Shown here piece by piece: positions 16,810-25,031 of a stretch of 38,460 bases of DNA (the first letter of the stretch is position 1; each line of letters opens with the position of its first letter). Position numbers and translations under genes: made by a program. This stretch comes from Candidatus Woesearchaeota archaeon (lineage in GTDB: Archaea > Nanobdellota > Nanobdellia > Pacearchaeales > GW2011-AR1): contig CAZSWH010000002.1 in NCBI GenBank assembly GCA_964611235.1, positions 1 to 38,460 on the forward strand. Direction: 5' to 3'. Under the pieces are notes generated by a model that searched no databases, was not told the origin of the DNA, and worked only from the letters and a program-made list of their open reading frames with translations.

Positions 16810-17163
16810 ATGGCACAGAAGAAAACTAAGGTCCGTTATGTTGATATTAATGTCAGCAAGAAGAATTTTGTTTCAAAGTTAATTGGCTCTGAAAAATCTT
16901 ATGACTTTTCTGATATAAAAATTCTTAGAGGTTTGTTAAGCAATGAAAAGGCAAAAATTCTTTATGTTTTAAAACACGAAAAATCTAAATCAATTTACGA
17001 ACTCGCTAAAAAACTTGGAAGGGATTTTAAATCTGTCAGAGACGACCTAAAGGCGCTTGAGAGGGTTGGTTTTATAGATTTTGTCCTTGAAAAAAAAGGC
17101 CGGAGAGAGTCTTTGATGCCAGTCCTTTCAGTAGATAGTATCAAGATTATAATAAATATTTAA
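16810..17163 (+). CDS. Winged helix-turn-helix transcriptional regulator
   Basis: KAKILYVLKHEKSKSIYELAKKLGRDFKSVRDDLKALERVGFIDF is a typical ArsR/MarR-like wHTH segment. 117 aa. Confidence 0.6.
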   Translation: MAQKKTKVRYVDINVSKKNFVSKLIGSEKSYDFSDIKILRGLLSNEKAKILYVLKHEKSKSIYELAKKLGRDFKSVRDDLKALERVGFIDFVLEKKGRRESLMPVLSVDSIKIIINI

Positions 17164-17660
17164 TTGCAAATTGTCATTCTCACGATAAGAGTTTGAGAAT
17201 CCTTAAAGATGTTTCTTTGTGCTCCAGAGATTTGTCCGCTACAATTTCCCCATTTTATCTCAATTATTCCAGCACCTTCTTTTTCAAAAAGCTCAAATTT
17301 ATAGTAATTTATTGTCGCTTCGCTTTTTATTAAATTGTCTAAAACTTCTCTTAAACTATCATTAAGATATTTGCATGCCTCCTTGTTAAGATTACGGCAG
17401 ACCTCATTTTTGTAACAGCTTCCGAATAATTCTCTATAATCTTCAAAGTCCGGCTCAAAAACAAGAGCACATTCTGTCGTTGTTCTCATTATTGAATCCA
17501 ACATATTCCCTACCTGAACACTATTCCCTTCTGCCGGTGATTCTTTAAAAGAAATGACAAGATAAACCATAAGCCCGACCACGACAAGCACGACTATAAG
17601 AACAAAACCAACTATTTCCTGCTGTGCTTTTTTACTTGAAGATATTTTTAATTTATTCAT
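17160..17660 (-). CDS. Prepilin-like (class III signal peptide-like) protein, unknown function
   Basis: N-terminus MNKLKISSSKKAQQEIVGFVLIVVLVVVGLMVYLVI (basic residues, KAQ, then a hydrophobic helix) and a Cys-containing ectodomain. Overlaps the upstream gene by 8 nt. Confidence 0.5.
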   Translation of the reverse strand: MNKLKISSSKKAQQEIVGFVLIVVLVVVGLMVYLVISFKESPAEGNSVQVGNMLDSIMRTTTECALVFEPDFEDYRELFGSCYKNEVCRNLNKEACKYLNDSLREVLDNLIKSEATINYYKFELFEKEGAGIIEIKWGNCSGQISGAQRNIFKDSQTLIVRMTICN

Positions 17661-18285
17661 TGGTTTTTACTCCTACAACTAATTTTCCGATTTCACATTT
17701 GTCATAAACATAACTGAATTCTTTTATTTTCCTGCAGATTGAGACATATGTGGAATATTCCTTAACATTTTTTTGTCCGCTGTTGTAAATCTCATAATAA
17801 TTGCAGTTTAAAGAAGGGCATTTTATGATTTCTCCTGCAGGGTAAATTTTGTAAACTTTTATTGAACTCACTGGCCAGAATGTTTCATAATATTTTCCAA
17901 AGTTCCCTAAAAGAATTCTTAATTTATCTTCGTCAAGAACGAGCGTTTCACTCGAATCAAAGTTTATTTCTGCCATGTCTGAGATTACTTTTAGTGAAGA
18001 AACTGCAGATTCCTCTTGGAGCAACATTGCTTTCTGCCTCAGACCTCTAAATTCAATTGACAAAAAAAATAATCCTACTAATATAAAAAATAAAAAAACT
18101 GCAAGAATCATAAAAGCCATCTGCTGAATTTTCATCTGTGCTTTGTTATTTTTTAGTATAGCTAAACTATTATAATTTTTTCTACTTGCGAGAAATTTCT
18201 TTTTTTCGACAAAGAAGAAAAACATGAACCGACTTGTTCGATGCTTTTTTTCTAAAAAAGAAAGAGCTCTTACCATAATCTGCAA
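17653..18285 (-). CDS. Prepilin-like or signal-anchored protein, start uncertain (M1 18285, M21 18225 or M51 18135)
   Basis: ...LKNNKAQMKIQQMAFMILAVFLFFILVGLFFLSI. The 19-bp repeat at 18181-18199 lies inside the longest reading frame, which argues for a later start. Confidence 0.45.
   Translation of the reverse strand: MQIMVRALSFLEKKHRTSRFMFFFFVEKKKFLASRKNYNSLAILKNNKAQMKIQQMAFMILAVFLFFILVGLFFLSIEFRGLRQKAMLLQEESAVSSLKVISDMAEINFDSSETLVLDEDKLRILLGNFGKYYETFWPVSSIKVYKIYPAGEIIKCPSLNCNYYEIYNSGQKNVKEYSTYVSICRKIKEFSYVYDKCEIGKLVVGVKTNE
18181..18199. repeat. 19-bp inverted-repeat partner B (tctacttgcgagaaatttc)
   Basis: Exact reverse complement of 19804-19822. Contains the near-palindrome gagaaatttct. 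Confidence 0.8.
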
Positions 18286-19256
18286 AGTTCTCCTGCGTTT
18301 AGTCTGTTTAATTTTTTAGATATTTGATTAAGTAAGATTATATTCTCTGAAGTTGCATTTTCAGTTAATCCTTTCCATATAAGAAGGTCTGGCTTGAGAT
18401 TTGTGTTGCAGTCTCTTGCATTTATTAGGTCTGCTTTTTCGCTTAGAAGTTCAGCAATTTTTCCAGTTCTTTGAAGCAGTCGCTCAACATTACATTCGTA
18501 AATATTCGGTTCTGAAAATATTGCAGCGTATATCAGGTTCCCTTTGTATTTCATTGTTCCCTCTTTTTTTTCCACAGTTCCCTCTTCATAAATTGAATTA
18601 CAATCAGTCATACACACACCATAAACCATTATATCACAATTATTCCCCTTCCCGAAACAGACTACTGTATCAGAATCAGAACAGTTGCTAATTTTAATAT
18701 TGGGAATTCTTAGTCCTATAATTTCTTCTGAGATATATTCAGGAGGATTTAATAAACAGTAATCTTCTGACATTAAAAAAATCATATCGTTTACTTTGTA
18801 AGGAAATTCAAATGGCTTGGAAAAAACATAAAAGTCCTTTCCTTCGTTTTTTTCTTTTGAGAATATGTATTTATTATGGACTGAGATTGCTCCTCCGGAT
18901 TTTCCCCATTCTTTTACAATGCCTGATTTTGTTGAGATAGATATGTCGTTTTTTCCGAAGTCTTCTTTGAAACAAATATTATTTATCCTTGTTTCTTCTC
19001 TAAAAGAAATTTTTCCGTAACTTCCTTCGGCGAAACTTGCTTGCATAGGGTCTGTGAGGATTGCCAGAGTTTTTGCAATTTCTGTGTCGCTTTGAAATTT
19101 CTTAGTCTCTCCAAATTTTACAGAACCGTATATAGCTAAAAATAAAATTGCCCCGCCAGCTATAATGGCAAAAAGCCAGACAAAACCAAACTCTCCTCTT
19201 TTTTTCCGAGCCAGCAATGGAAACATGGAACTTTGAAAAAAGTTTCTTTTTTTCAT
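18270..19256 (-). CDS. Prepilin-like protein, unknown function
   Basis: N-terminus ...LLARKKRGEFGFVWLFAIIAGGAILFLAIYG and a 280-aa Cys-containing ectodomain. Confidence 0.5.
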   Translation of the reverse strand: MKKRNFFQSSMFPLLARKKRGEFGFVWLFAIIAGGAILFLAIYGSVKFGETKKFQSDTEIAKTLAILTDPMQASFAEGSYGKISFREETRINNICFKEDFGKNDISISTKSGIVKEWGKSGGAISVHNKYIFSKEKNEGKDFYVFSKPFEFPYKVNDMIFLMSEDYCLLNPPEYISEEIIGLRIPNIKISNCSDSDTVVCFGKGNNCDIMVYGVCMTDCNSIYEEGTVEKKEGTMKYKGNLIYAAIFSEPNIYECNVERLLQRTGKIAELLSEKADLINARDCNTNLKPDLLIWKGLTENATSENIILLNQISKKLNRLNAGELCRLW

Positions 19257-19290
19257 TAAATTTAAAGGACAATTCTTTTTTTAAACTCTT

Positions 19291-19779
19291 TTATTCAATC
19301 TTGACCAATTTATCATAGAAATCTTTTTTTATTTTCAGATTATTTGAAACAAGGACACAGTAAGGATTTTTGCTTTCAGTAATTTTTGTAATGTTAATGT
19401 AATTTATATTTTTCCATTGCATATTTTCTGCGTTTTCTGGGGGAAGCAAAAAAGTGTTGGCTTCATAGATGTCATAATTTTTTATCATTTCATAATCTTC
19501 AAAGTTGGAGGTTATCTTTGCAGAGAGGTTAGCAAAACATACTTTTTCTATTTTGTTTGGGAGGTTAATTTTAAATTCAAACTCGCTTGACTGGGAATTC
19601 CTTGCTTTGTTAACTTCTGTTTGTAAGTCCTGATAGAACATCCCGACTTTAGAAGCATTTCCGATGTCAAGAAAGTTAGATATTGCAATGAAAGCTACTA
19701 CAACGAACACGACGATTAGAAATATTGCGAAAATAACCCCGAAGGGCATACCCATAGTTTCTTGTGCTCTTTTGTTCAT
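19291..19779 (-). CDS. Prepilin-like protein, unknown function
   Basis: N-terminus MNKRAQETMGMPFGVIFAIFLIVVFVVVAFIAI. Confidence 0.5.
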   Translation of the reverse strand: MNKRAQETMGMPFGVIFAIFLIVVFVVVAFIAISNFLDIGNASKVGMFYQDLQTEVNKARNSQSSEFEFKINLPNKIEKVCFANLSAKITSNFEDYEMIKNYDIYEANTFLLPPENAENMQWKNINYINITKITESKNPYCVLVSNNLKIKKDFYDKLVKIE

Positions 19780-19803
19780 AGGTTTCTTTCTCTTTAGAAA
19801 AGA

Positions 19804-19822
19804 GAAATTTCTCGCAAGTAGA
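19804..19822. repeat. 19-bp inverted-repeat partner A (gaaatttctcgcaagtaga)
   Basis: Exact reverse complement of 18181-18199. Embedded in the perfect palindrome gagaaatttctc and located 25-43 nt upstream of the ATG at 19779. Confidence 0.8.
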
Positions 19823-19896
19823 GAAACTTTTGTTCCAAAACTGCGTTTTGATTTATTATATACAATTAAGTAAGTAAGGTTATATAAAATTATTTA

Positions 19897-22125
19897 TTAG
19901 GCCCCAAAAAGATTTTCACCCAGGCGGACAATTGCTGAGCAGTCTGCGTCTTCGTTTTTGAATTCATCTCTGCATTTTATATAATATGTTTTGTCTTTGT
20001 TCCATTCTGCTATGTGATTTGTAGAATTTGCATAAGGCATTTCAGTTCCTTCTTCAAATGTGAAATCGCAGTTTGCGAAGTTGTAAGCACATTCACTTTC
20101 TTTGACTGTTACTATTTTGAGCAGACCTTCTTCTTCATAAATTCTAGCGATTACTGGTGCGCTTGTATCTATATCTAAAATGAATTCTATTGTGTCGCGT
20201 GCGATGTTTCCCCCTTCATCTATACATTCAATGTAATACTTGTGGCTTCCAGGACCTAAACTTTGTTTCTGGGTGCTTACTCCATCTTCATTGTTTGTGT
20301 CATAAAACATTATGAAATCTCCTTCGTTTCCTGTAGTTGAGTAATCGCATATTGATAATCCATTATTGCATCCGAAAAGTGTCTGAACATATAATTCAAT
20401 AGGTGCTGGATTTACCGCTCCAAATACTGTCCCATTAGGGAGCAGTTTGCTTATTTTTAGTGCTGTGCTTCCTCTTAAATTGAATACAAAACTTTCTCTA
20501 TTTCTGTTTCTGTCATTTACTTCTGAATTTGGTTGGTCTTCACATCTAATATAATATTTTGTCCCTTCTCTTGAAATTCCTGTAAGAGCTGTTTTGCAAG
20601 TGAAGAGTTGGTTTGCATTTATCTGATATAATTCGTTTGAACAAATCATTTGGTTCTGCATATTTTCGTAACTTTGGTCATCAAAACTCCATCTGCAGTT
20701 TGCTGGTTCATTTGTGTAAACTTCAACATTGACAGAATCTTGGTTTTCTGCTACGCATCCACTGTTCATTATTGAGGTCGCTTTTATCAGAGGAGCTGTT
20801 GTGTCAGGGCTTGGGTCAATGCACATTTTGACGGCATATTCTGCTGTATTCTCATTTCCATTTTTGTCCTTGCATCTTATAAAGAATGTTATATCTTTTC
20901 CATTTTCTAATATTAAACCAGAGCCCTCAAGAGTTTCTGCTCCTGGAAGAGAGAATTGTTCTGTGTGGTTGTATAAATATAAATTGCTTCCGCCTATGAA
21001 GGAAGTCATTTCGTCAAAATTTGTTGTGTGGTTGAAATCAATCTTACATTGTGCTGGCTCATCTATGGTGATGCCAAATTTTAGAGGAGTGAATGCTTTA
21101 AGGCACCCGTCTGAACTTTCAAGATTTATTATTTCAAATCCTGGTCCAGGGGGCGATGTTCTGACATTTGTGTATTTGTGTCCTTCTGTTATTACATTGT
21201 AATTAGGGGAGATTACAGGGGGGTTTACATCCCGAGGATTTATATTGACGCATTTTTCCTGTGTTGTTCCTTTATTTACAAGTTCACAATTCTGCCCTAA
21301 ACTTCTGCATCTATATTCAGAACAAGGCAAGGTATCATAATTACATATTTCACAATCGTTTCCCCCAGACGGCGCTTGCCAAGTCAAACAATCAAAGGTT
21401 ACAATTTCTGTGTCTGTTTTTCTGTACATAAGAATAAGGATGAATACTCCGATTCCGATTCCAAAGAGAGGGTTAGCAAGTATTTTATTCGCAGCAGTTA
21501 CATCCCATGTAGAGAAAAAATTATAAGAACCAAATCCTGCAGCCATTGCAGTTGCAAGTGCCTGTGTATTTTGCTTGCTCATTCCGAATAAACTTCCAAG
21601 CATATAGCCAACACCATAAGCAAAAAGCGCCCACTGAGCTCCTGTTGCAAGTGCGTCTAAACCTCCTCCTGTAGGAAGGCGAAGGAATTTTGAGAGAGTT
21701 GAAGAGCCTGGTTTTGCTTCAAGGGTTCCTGAGCTTAAGAAATTTCCTTCCTCCCCTTTTTGAATGATATATGGTGTCCCATCTTTAGTAACTATTTTAA
21801 TTGTTCCATCAGCTAATTGAGAAGCAGATTTTATGTTAGTTGTTTGGAGAGTGATAGGATTTGAGCCATATAATTTAGTGTTTATTGGGGTAAAACTAAT
21901 GGTTTTTGCAGCACCGGTATTTACATATAATGGAATATTTCTTGTAGCAGAAGTGCCCCCATTAGTTAAAGCATTTGCACTGCTGACTTTTATCGGATCA
22001 GTTCCACTAACAAAAGGGGTACTCAACCCAACTAAAAACGAGAAAGCAATTATAGAAATCATTAGATTTAGAATTATAAAATAAACTTTCAAACTTTCTC
22101 TTTTTATTCCCTCTTTTTTTATCAT
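19897..22125 (-). CDS. Large membrane protein: Gly-rich hydrophobic region plus Cys-rich, repeat-containing C-terminal ectodomain (paralog of the C-terminal half of 25822-29502)
   Basis: VTFDCLTWQAPSGGNDCEICNYDTLPCSEYRCRSLGQNCELVNKGT aligns with VTFECKPWQPPTGGSDCEKCNGDPLKPCSEYRCQNLGAACELVNKGT of the 1226-aa protein. Four colinear C-terminal modules end in YYI(K/R/E)C. Confidence 0.6.
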   Translation of the reverse strand: MIKKEGIKRESLKVYFIILNLMISIIAFSFLVGLSTPFVSGTDPIKVSSANALTNGGTSATRNIPLYVNTGAAKTISFTPINTKLYGSNPITLQTTNIKSASQLADGTIKIVTKDGTPYIIQKGEEGNFLSSGTLEAKPGSSTLSKFLRLPTGGGLDALATGAQWALFAYGVGYMLGSLFGMSKQNTQALATAMAAGFGSYNFFSTWDVTAANKILANPLFGIGIGVFILILMYRKTDTEIVTFDCLTWQAPSGGNDCEICNYDTLPCSEYRCRSLGQNCELVNKGTTQEKCVNINPRDVNPPVISPNYNVITEGHKYTNVRTSPPGPGFEIINLESSDGCLKAFTPLKFGITIDEPAQCKIDFNHTTNFDEMTSFIGGSNLYLYNHTEQFSLPGAETLEGSGLILENGKDITFFIRCKDKNGNENTAEYAVKMCIDPSPDTTAPLIKATSIMNSGCVAENQDSVNVEVYTNEPANCRWSFDDQSYENMQNQMICSNELYQINANQLFTCKTALTGISREGTKYYIRCEDQPNSEVNDRNRNRESFVFNLRGSTALKISKLLPNGTVFGAVNPAPIELYVQTLFGCNNGLSICDYSTTGNEGDFIMFYDTNNEDGVSTQKQSLGPGSHKYYIECIDEGGNIARDTIEFILDIDTSAPVIARIYEEEGLLKIVTVKESECAYNFANCDFTFEEGTEMPYANSTNHIAEWNKDKTYYIKCRDEFKNEDADCSAIVRLGENLFGA

Positions 22126-22146
22126 ATTACCTATTTTTTGAGCCTA

Positions 22147-22830
22147 TTACTCTGCTCTTGCACCAGTAACAACTATTGTATCTCCTTTCTTTAACGGTTC
22201 TCCTTTAATTTCTATATTATAATATCTCAAAAGTTCTTCTAAGTTCCAAAAAGATAATAAAATTTCATTTTGCTGGTTAAACAAATTACAATTATATCTT
22301 TTTTTTGCAATTTCAATTTTTATAGGATTTCCATTAAGAGTTTCTATTATTTTATAACCTCCCTCAGGAAAATCTCCTTCTATCATTTTAGTAATTAAAA
22401 AATTTGTAGTAAAATAATTAAATCTTGTTTTACTGTTAGGATGTGTTGTTCTTCCTATAAGTTCTTCTGCCCTATCTTTAAATGTTCTTCCATAAACTTC
22501 TCCTATATCTTCTTTTTCATTTCTGTCTAAATTGTAAATTTCTGTTGAATATATTTGAGGAGTTGGTATGTTTGAAGAACTTTGACTTTCATTATTTTCA
22601 CTATTTCCAGTATTACTTGGTTCTTGCACATTTACATAGGTAGTGCTTCCTCTCGGTCCTTCAATTTCATTTCTAATTGTGCTGTCAATCGCACTAACTG
22701 TTGTTTGTTGCCATGCTGCTGTCACGAGAGAATCTGCAAGTTGTTCATTGCATCCTGAACCAACTAAACTTGCAAGTCCGATTAAACTTGCTCCTGCGTA
22801 ATTCCTGATTTTTTGTTTTAAGTTTTCCAT
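22147..22830 (-). CDS. Putative lipoprotein, unknown function
   Basis: Lipobox-like LASLVGSGC after a signal sequence, then a Ser/Asn-rich linker and a globular C-terminal domain. Confidence 0.5.
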   Translation of the reverse strand: MENLKQKIRNYAGASLIGLASLVGSGCNEQLADSLVTAAWQQTTVSAIDSTIRNEIEGPRGSTTYVNVQEPSNTGNSENNESQSSSNIPTPQIYSTEIYNLDRNEKEDIGEVYGRTFKDRAEELIGRTTHPNSKTRFNYFTTNFLITKMIEGDFPEGGYKIIETLNGNPIKIEIAKKRYNCNLFNQQNEILLSFWNLEELLRYYNIEIKGEPLKKGDTIVVTGARAE

Positions 22831-22895
22831 ATTATTTCTATGTTTTTTGATATTTAAACCTTTCGTTTTGTAACCTTTATTAAGTGGTGTCTCTT

Positions 22896-24668
22896 TTAAT
22901 TAATTTCATTCCAATCATCTCCTGATATTGCTCGGACTATCATTCCTGTGAAACCGCCTTTTATTTTGTTTATTGTGTTTGGTGCGAAGTTTTTTACTTT
23001 CCCGTCAATTTTCCAATCATATCCTTCATCTGTGTATTTTTCTATATAGTTGATGTATCCACCGCAGTCGCCGAGTGATGTGCAGATTCGGTTCGCTTCA
23101 AGAGCCCATTGTTCTTCTAGGCATTCTTTTCCTTCAATAATTTTTTCATTTCCGAAAACGTCTTTTTCTTTTACAACTGTGCATTGTGCACTTGCCTGAC
23201 CGCATATTTGCTGTGAGTTGGCGTCATCCCAGAAGTTTAGTCCTGGCGGGAATTGAGGGACGCAAACTCTCTTTTCACCTGAATATGTTGTTTCACTTCC
23301 GCTTGTTTCAAGGCCTGTTATTGGTGCGATTGAATTTCCTGTTGCTGTTGGGTTTGTAAATGCTTTGCTTTCTCCAGCAGTTGGATTTGAGAAACCTGTT
23401 GTTTGTCCGCTTTCGGAGGTTCCTGCTCCTAAAGTCATTCCAGTTACATGAGGTAACCACTGGCAATCTCTTTTGTCAATATTGAGACAATCTTTTTCTT
23501 TTGTCTGTAAAACACAATCTTGCCAGCGATTTACTCTGCAGGCAGCTGTCTGGAAGAATCCACTGTCTGTTTCTATTCCTCCTTCAAGACATATTTCATT
23601 TCTGTATTCTGCACACGGCTCGACTTTTACTTCTCCGTCCACGCAAATTTCTCTAAAGTATCTTGAACCAACTTTATCTAATCCCTTTCCCACATTTCCA
23701 TCATAGACACACCAACTCTCTCCATTAATTCTTTTGTTTCCATTTCTATCCACACATTCTGTTCGCTTACAATAATAATCACTTCCTGCTGGTTTTCCAA
23801 TGTTTAAAGTTCCGTCCCATACAGCACATCTGCTTCCTAATAAATATTCACAATTTCCACAATCTTTATTTGAGCCGTCGTTTGGAGAACAGACCAAATC
23901 AGGTTCTAAAACTCGACCATTGTTCCAACTTTTATCTTTGTTTGAAGAATAAACATTTTCGCGATTGCCACAAGAATCTGTCCAGTAAACTTTTCCATTG
24001 TAGCAGGTAGTTGAGACTTGTCTTGCACAGATTGTGTTGAGCTCTTCTGCCGAACATAGTAAGTCCTTATAGAATTTTTTTTCAGAAGAGGAAGAATTTT
24101 CTATTGTTTCTACTTGTTCTAATGCTCCGCAGTCTACTCTTGTTGTGAATTTGCAGACTCTTTCATAATCTTTTTCATAAACGCACGCCCCTATATCTTG
24201 CGACTGAGCCGCAGCTATACACTGAATTTCAGATGTGATTTCTGTTCTATAATTGTTTTCAACTCCAAAGAAACTTGATAATCTTTTGCATCGGACTAAT
24301 GAGACAAACGCAGCTTGGTCAGAAATGATGCAACATCCTAATTGGCATTGGGGGACTTCTGTAATTGAACGGCTATCCCAAGTTCCTCCACTACTCGAAC
24401 AGACACTTTGAGGCGTATTTTCCATACAGATTCCTTCAGAAGAATCATAGCAAGTTCCTAATCTACAATAAGATGTTGTTTCACAGGAAGTCATAGAACT
24501 TTTGAAATTAGGGTCGCAATTTTCTTCTTCTGTGTTAATACAATAAGCTCCTCCTTTTGTTTTCTCGCAACAACTGCTCGGCTCTGACAGAGTAGTCGCC
24601 GAGGAGACAATTCCTATTAAAGAAAATAATATTAAGATTCCGATTGAAAGGATTATTTTTTTATTCAT
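22896..24668 (-). CDS. Secreted cysteine-rich protein (paralog of the N-terminal half of 25822-29502)
   Basis: Signal peptide MNKKIILSIGILILFSLIGIVSSA. NGESWCVYDGNVGKGLDKVGSRYFREICVDGEVKVEPCAEYRNEIC aligns with NGESWCVYDGKIGGGDDIVGSRHWRYVCNNGEIQVEPCADYRNQIC. The ATG at 24666-24668 is preferred over the TTG at 24674. Confidence 0.6.
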   Translation of the reverse strand: MNKKIILSIGILILFSLIGIVSSATTLSEPSSCCEKTKGGAYCINTEEENCDPNFKSSMTSCETTSYCRLGTCYDSSEGICMENTPQSVCSSSGGTWDSRSITEVPQCQLGCCIISDQAAFVSLVRCKRLSSFFGVENNYRTEITSEIQCIAAAQSQDIGACVYEKDYERVCKFTTRVDCGALEQVETIENSSSSEKKFYKDLLCSAEELNTICARQVSTTCYNGKVYWTDSCGNRENVYSSNKDKSWNNGRVLEPDLVCSPNDGSNKDCGNCEYLLGSRCAVWDGTLNIGKPAGSDYYCKRTECVDRNGNKRINGESWCVYDGNVGKGLDKVGSRYFREICVDGEVKVEPCAEYRNEICLEGGIETDSGFFQTAACRVNRWQDCVLQTKEKDCLNIDKRDCQWLPHVTGMTLGAGTSESGQTTGFSNPTAGESKAFTNPTATGNSIAPITGLETSGSETTYSGEKRVCVPQFPPGLNFWDDANSQQICGQASAQCTVVKEKDVFGNEKIIEGKECLEEQWALEANRICTSLGDCGGYINYIEKYTDEGYDWKIDGKVKNFAPNTINKIKGGFTGMIVRAISGDDWNEIN

Positions 24669-24744
24669 TAGCAAATCGCAGATTTGATTAGAACTGACTT
24701 GTTCAGTTCACAATCTTTCTTATCTGCCTCCAATATTTTATTTA
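24669..24744 (-). repeat. Leader repeat copy 2: promoter/5' leader hairpin element ending 9 nt before the ATG of 22896-24668
   Basis: 68 of its nt match 1-68 with one mismatch, and it shares cattagcaaatcgcagatttgattagaactgacttgttcagttcacaa with copy 3. Confidence 0.8.
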
Positions 24745-25031
24745 CCACTTTTATATTCCTCTTTAATAAAATATACTATTAAACTTATAATCGTATATAG
24801 AATTATTATTAATCCAAAGAGCAAGACAGAAGCAAGAGCTCCTGCTAAAATTTGCCCTTTTGAATTTAAATTCTCTGTAATAATATTCGGAAGAACGGCT
24901 GATGTATAAATAATCCAAATAAAGAAAGCAAAGATAAGGGTAAGAATCACTTTCCATTTGCCTGGCTTCAAAAATTCAAATATTTCTTTTAACTTTTCTG
25001 GTTTTCCTAATATTCCTTTTTTTGTTATCAT
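24738..25031 (-). CDS. Small membrane protein (2 TM segments)
   Basis: Two hydrophobic helices. The ATG at 25029-25031 forms an ATGA overlap with the stop of the upstream gene (25028-25030), so it is preferred over 25052. Confidence 0.5.
   Translation of the reverse strand: MITKKGILGKPEKLKEIFEFLKPGKWKVILTLIFAFFIWIIYTSAVLPNIITENLNSKGQILAGALASVLLFGLIIILYTIISLIVYFIKEEYKSGK

Noticed and set aside
22896-24674. TTG-initiated N-terminal extensions in the ORF track: MLM... at 24674 and 30254, MRLTICF... at 30611, MERM... at 31155, and the extended starts at 875, 25052 and 29523.
   Set aside because: The downstream ATGs give canonical N-termini (a signal peptide or a conserved ribosomal protein start). 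In four cases they also create ATGA or TAATG overlaps with the preceding stop. The extensions would run into the conserved leader repeat or into the upstream gene.
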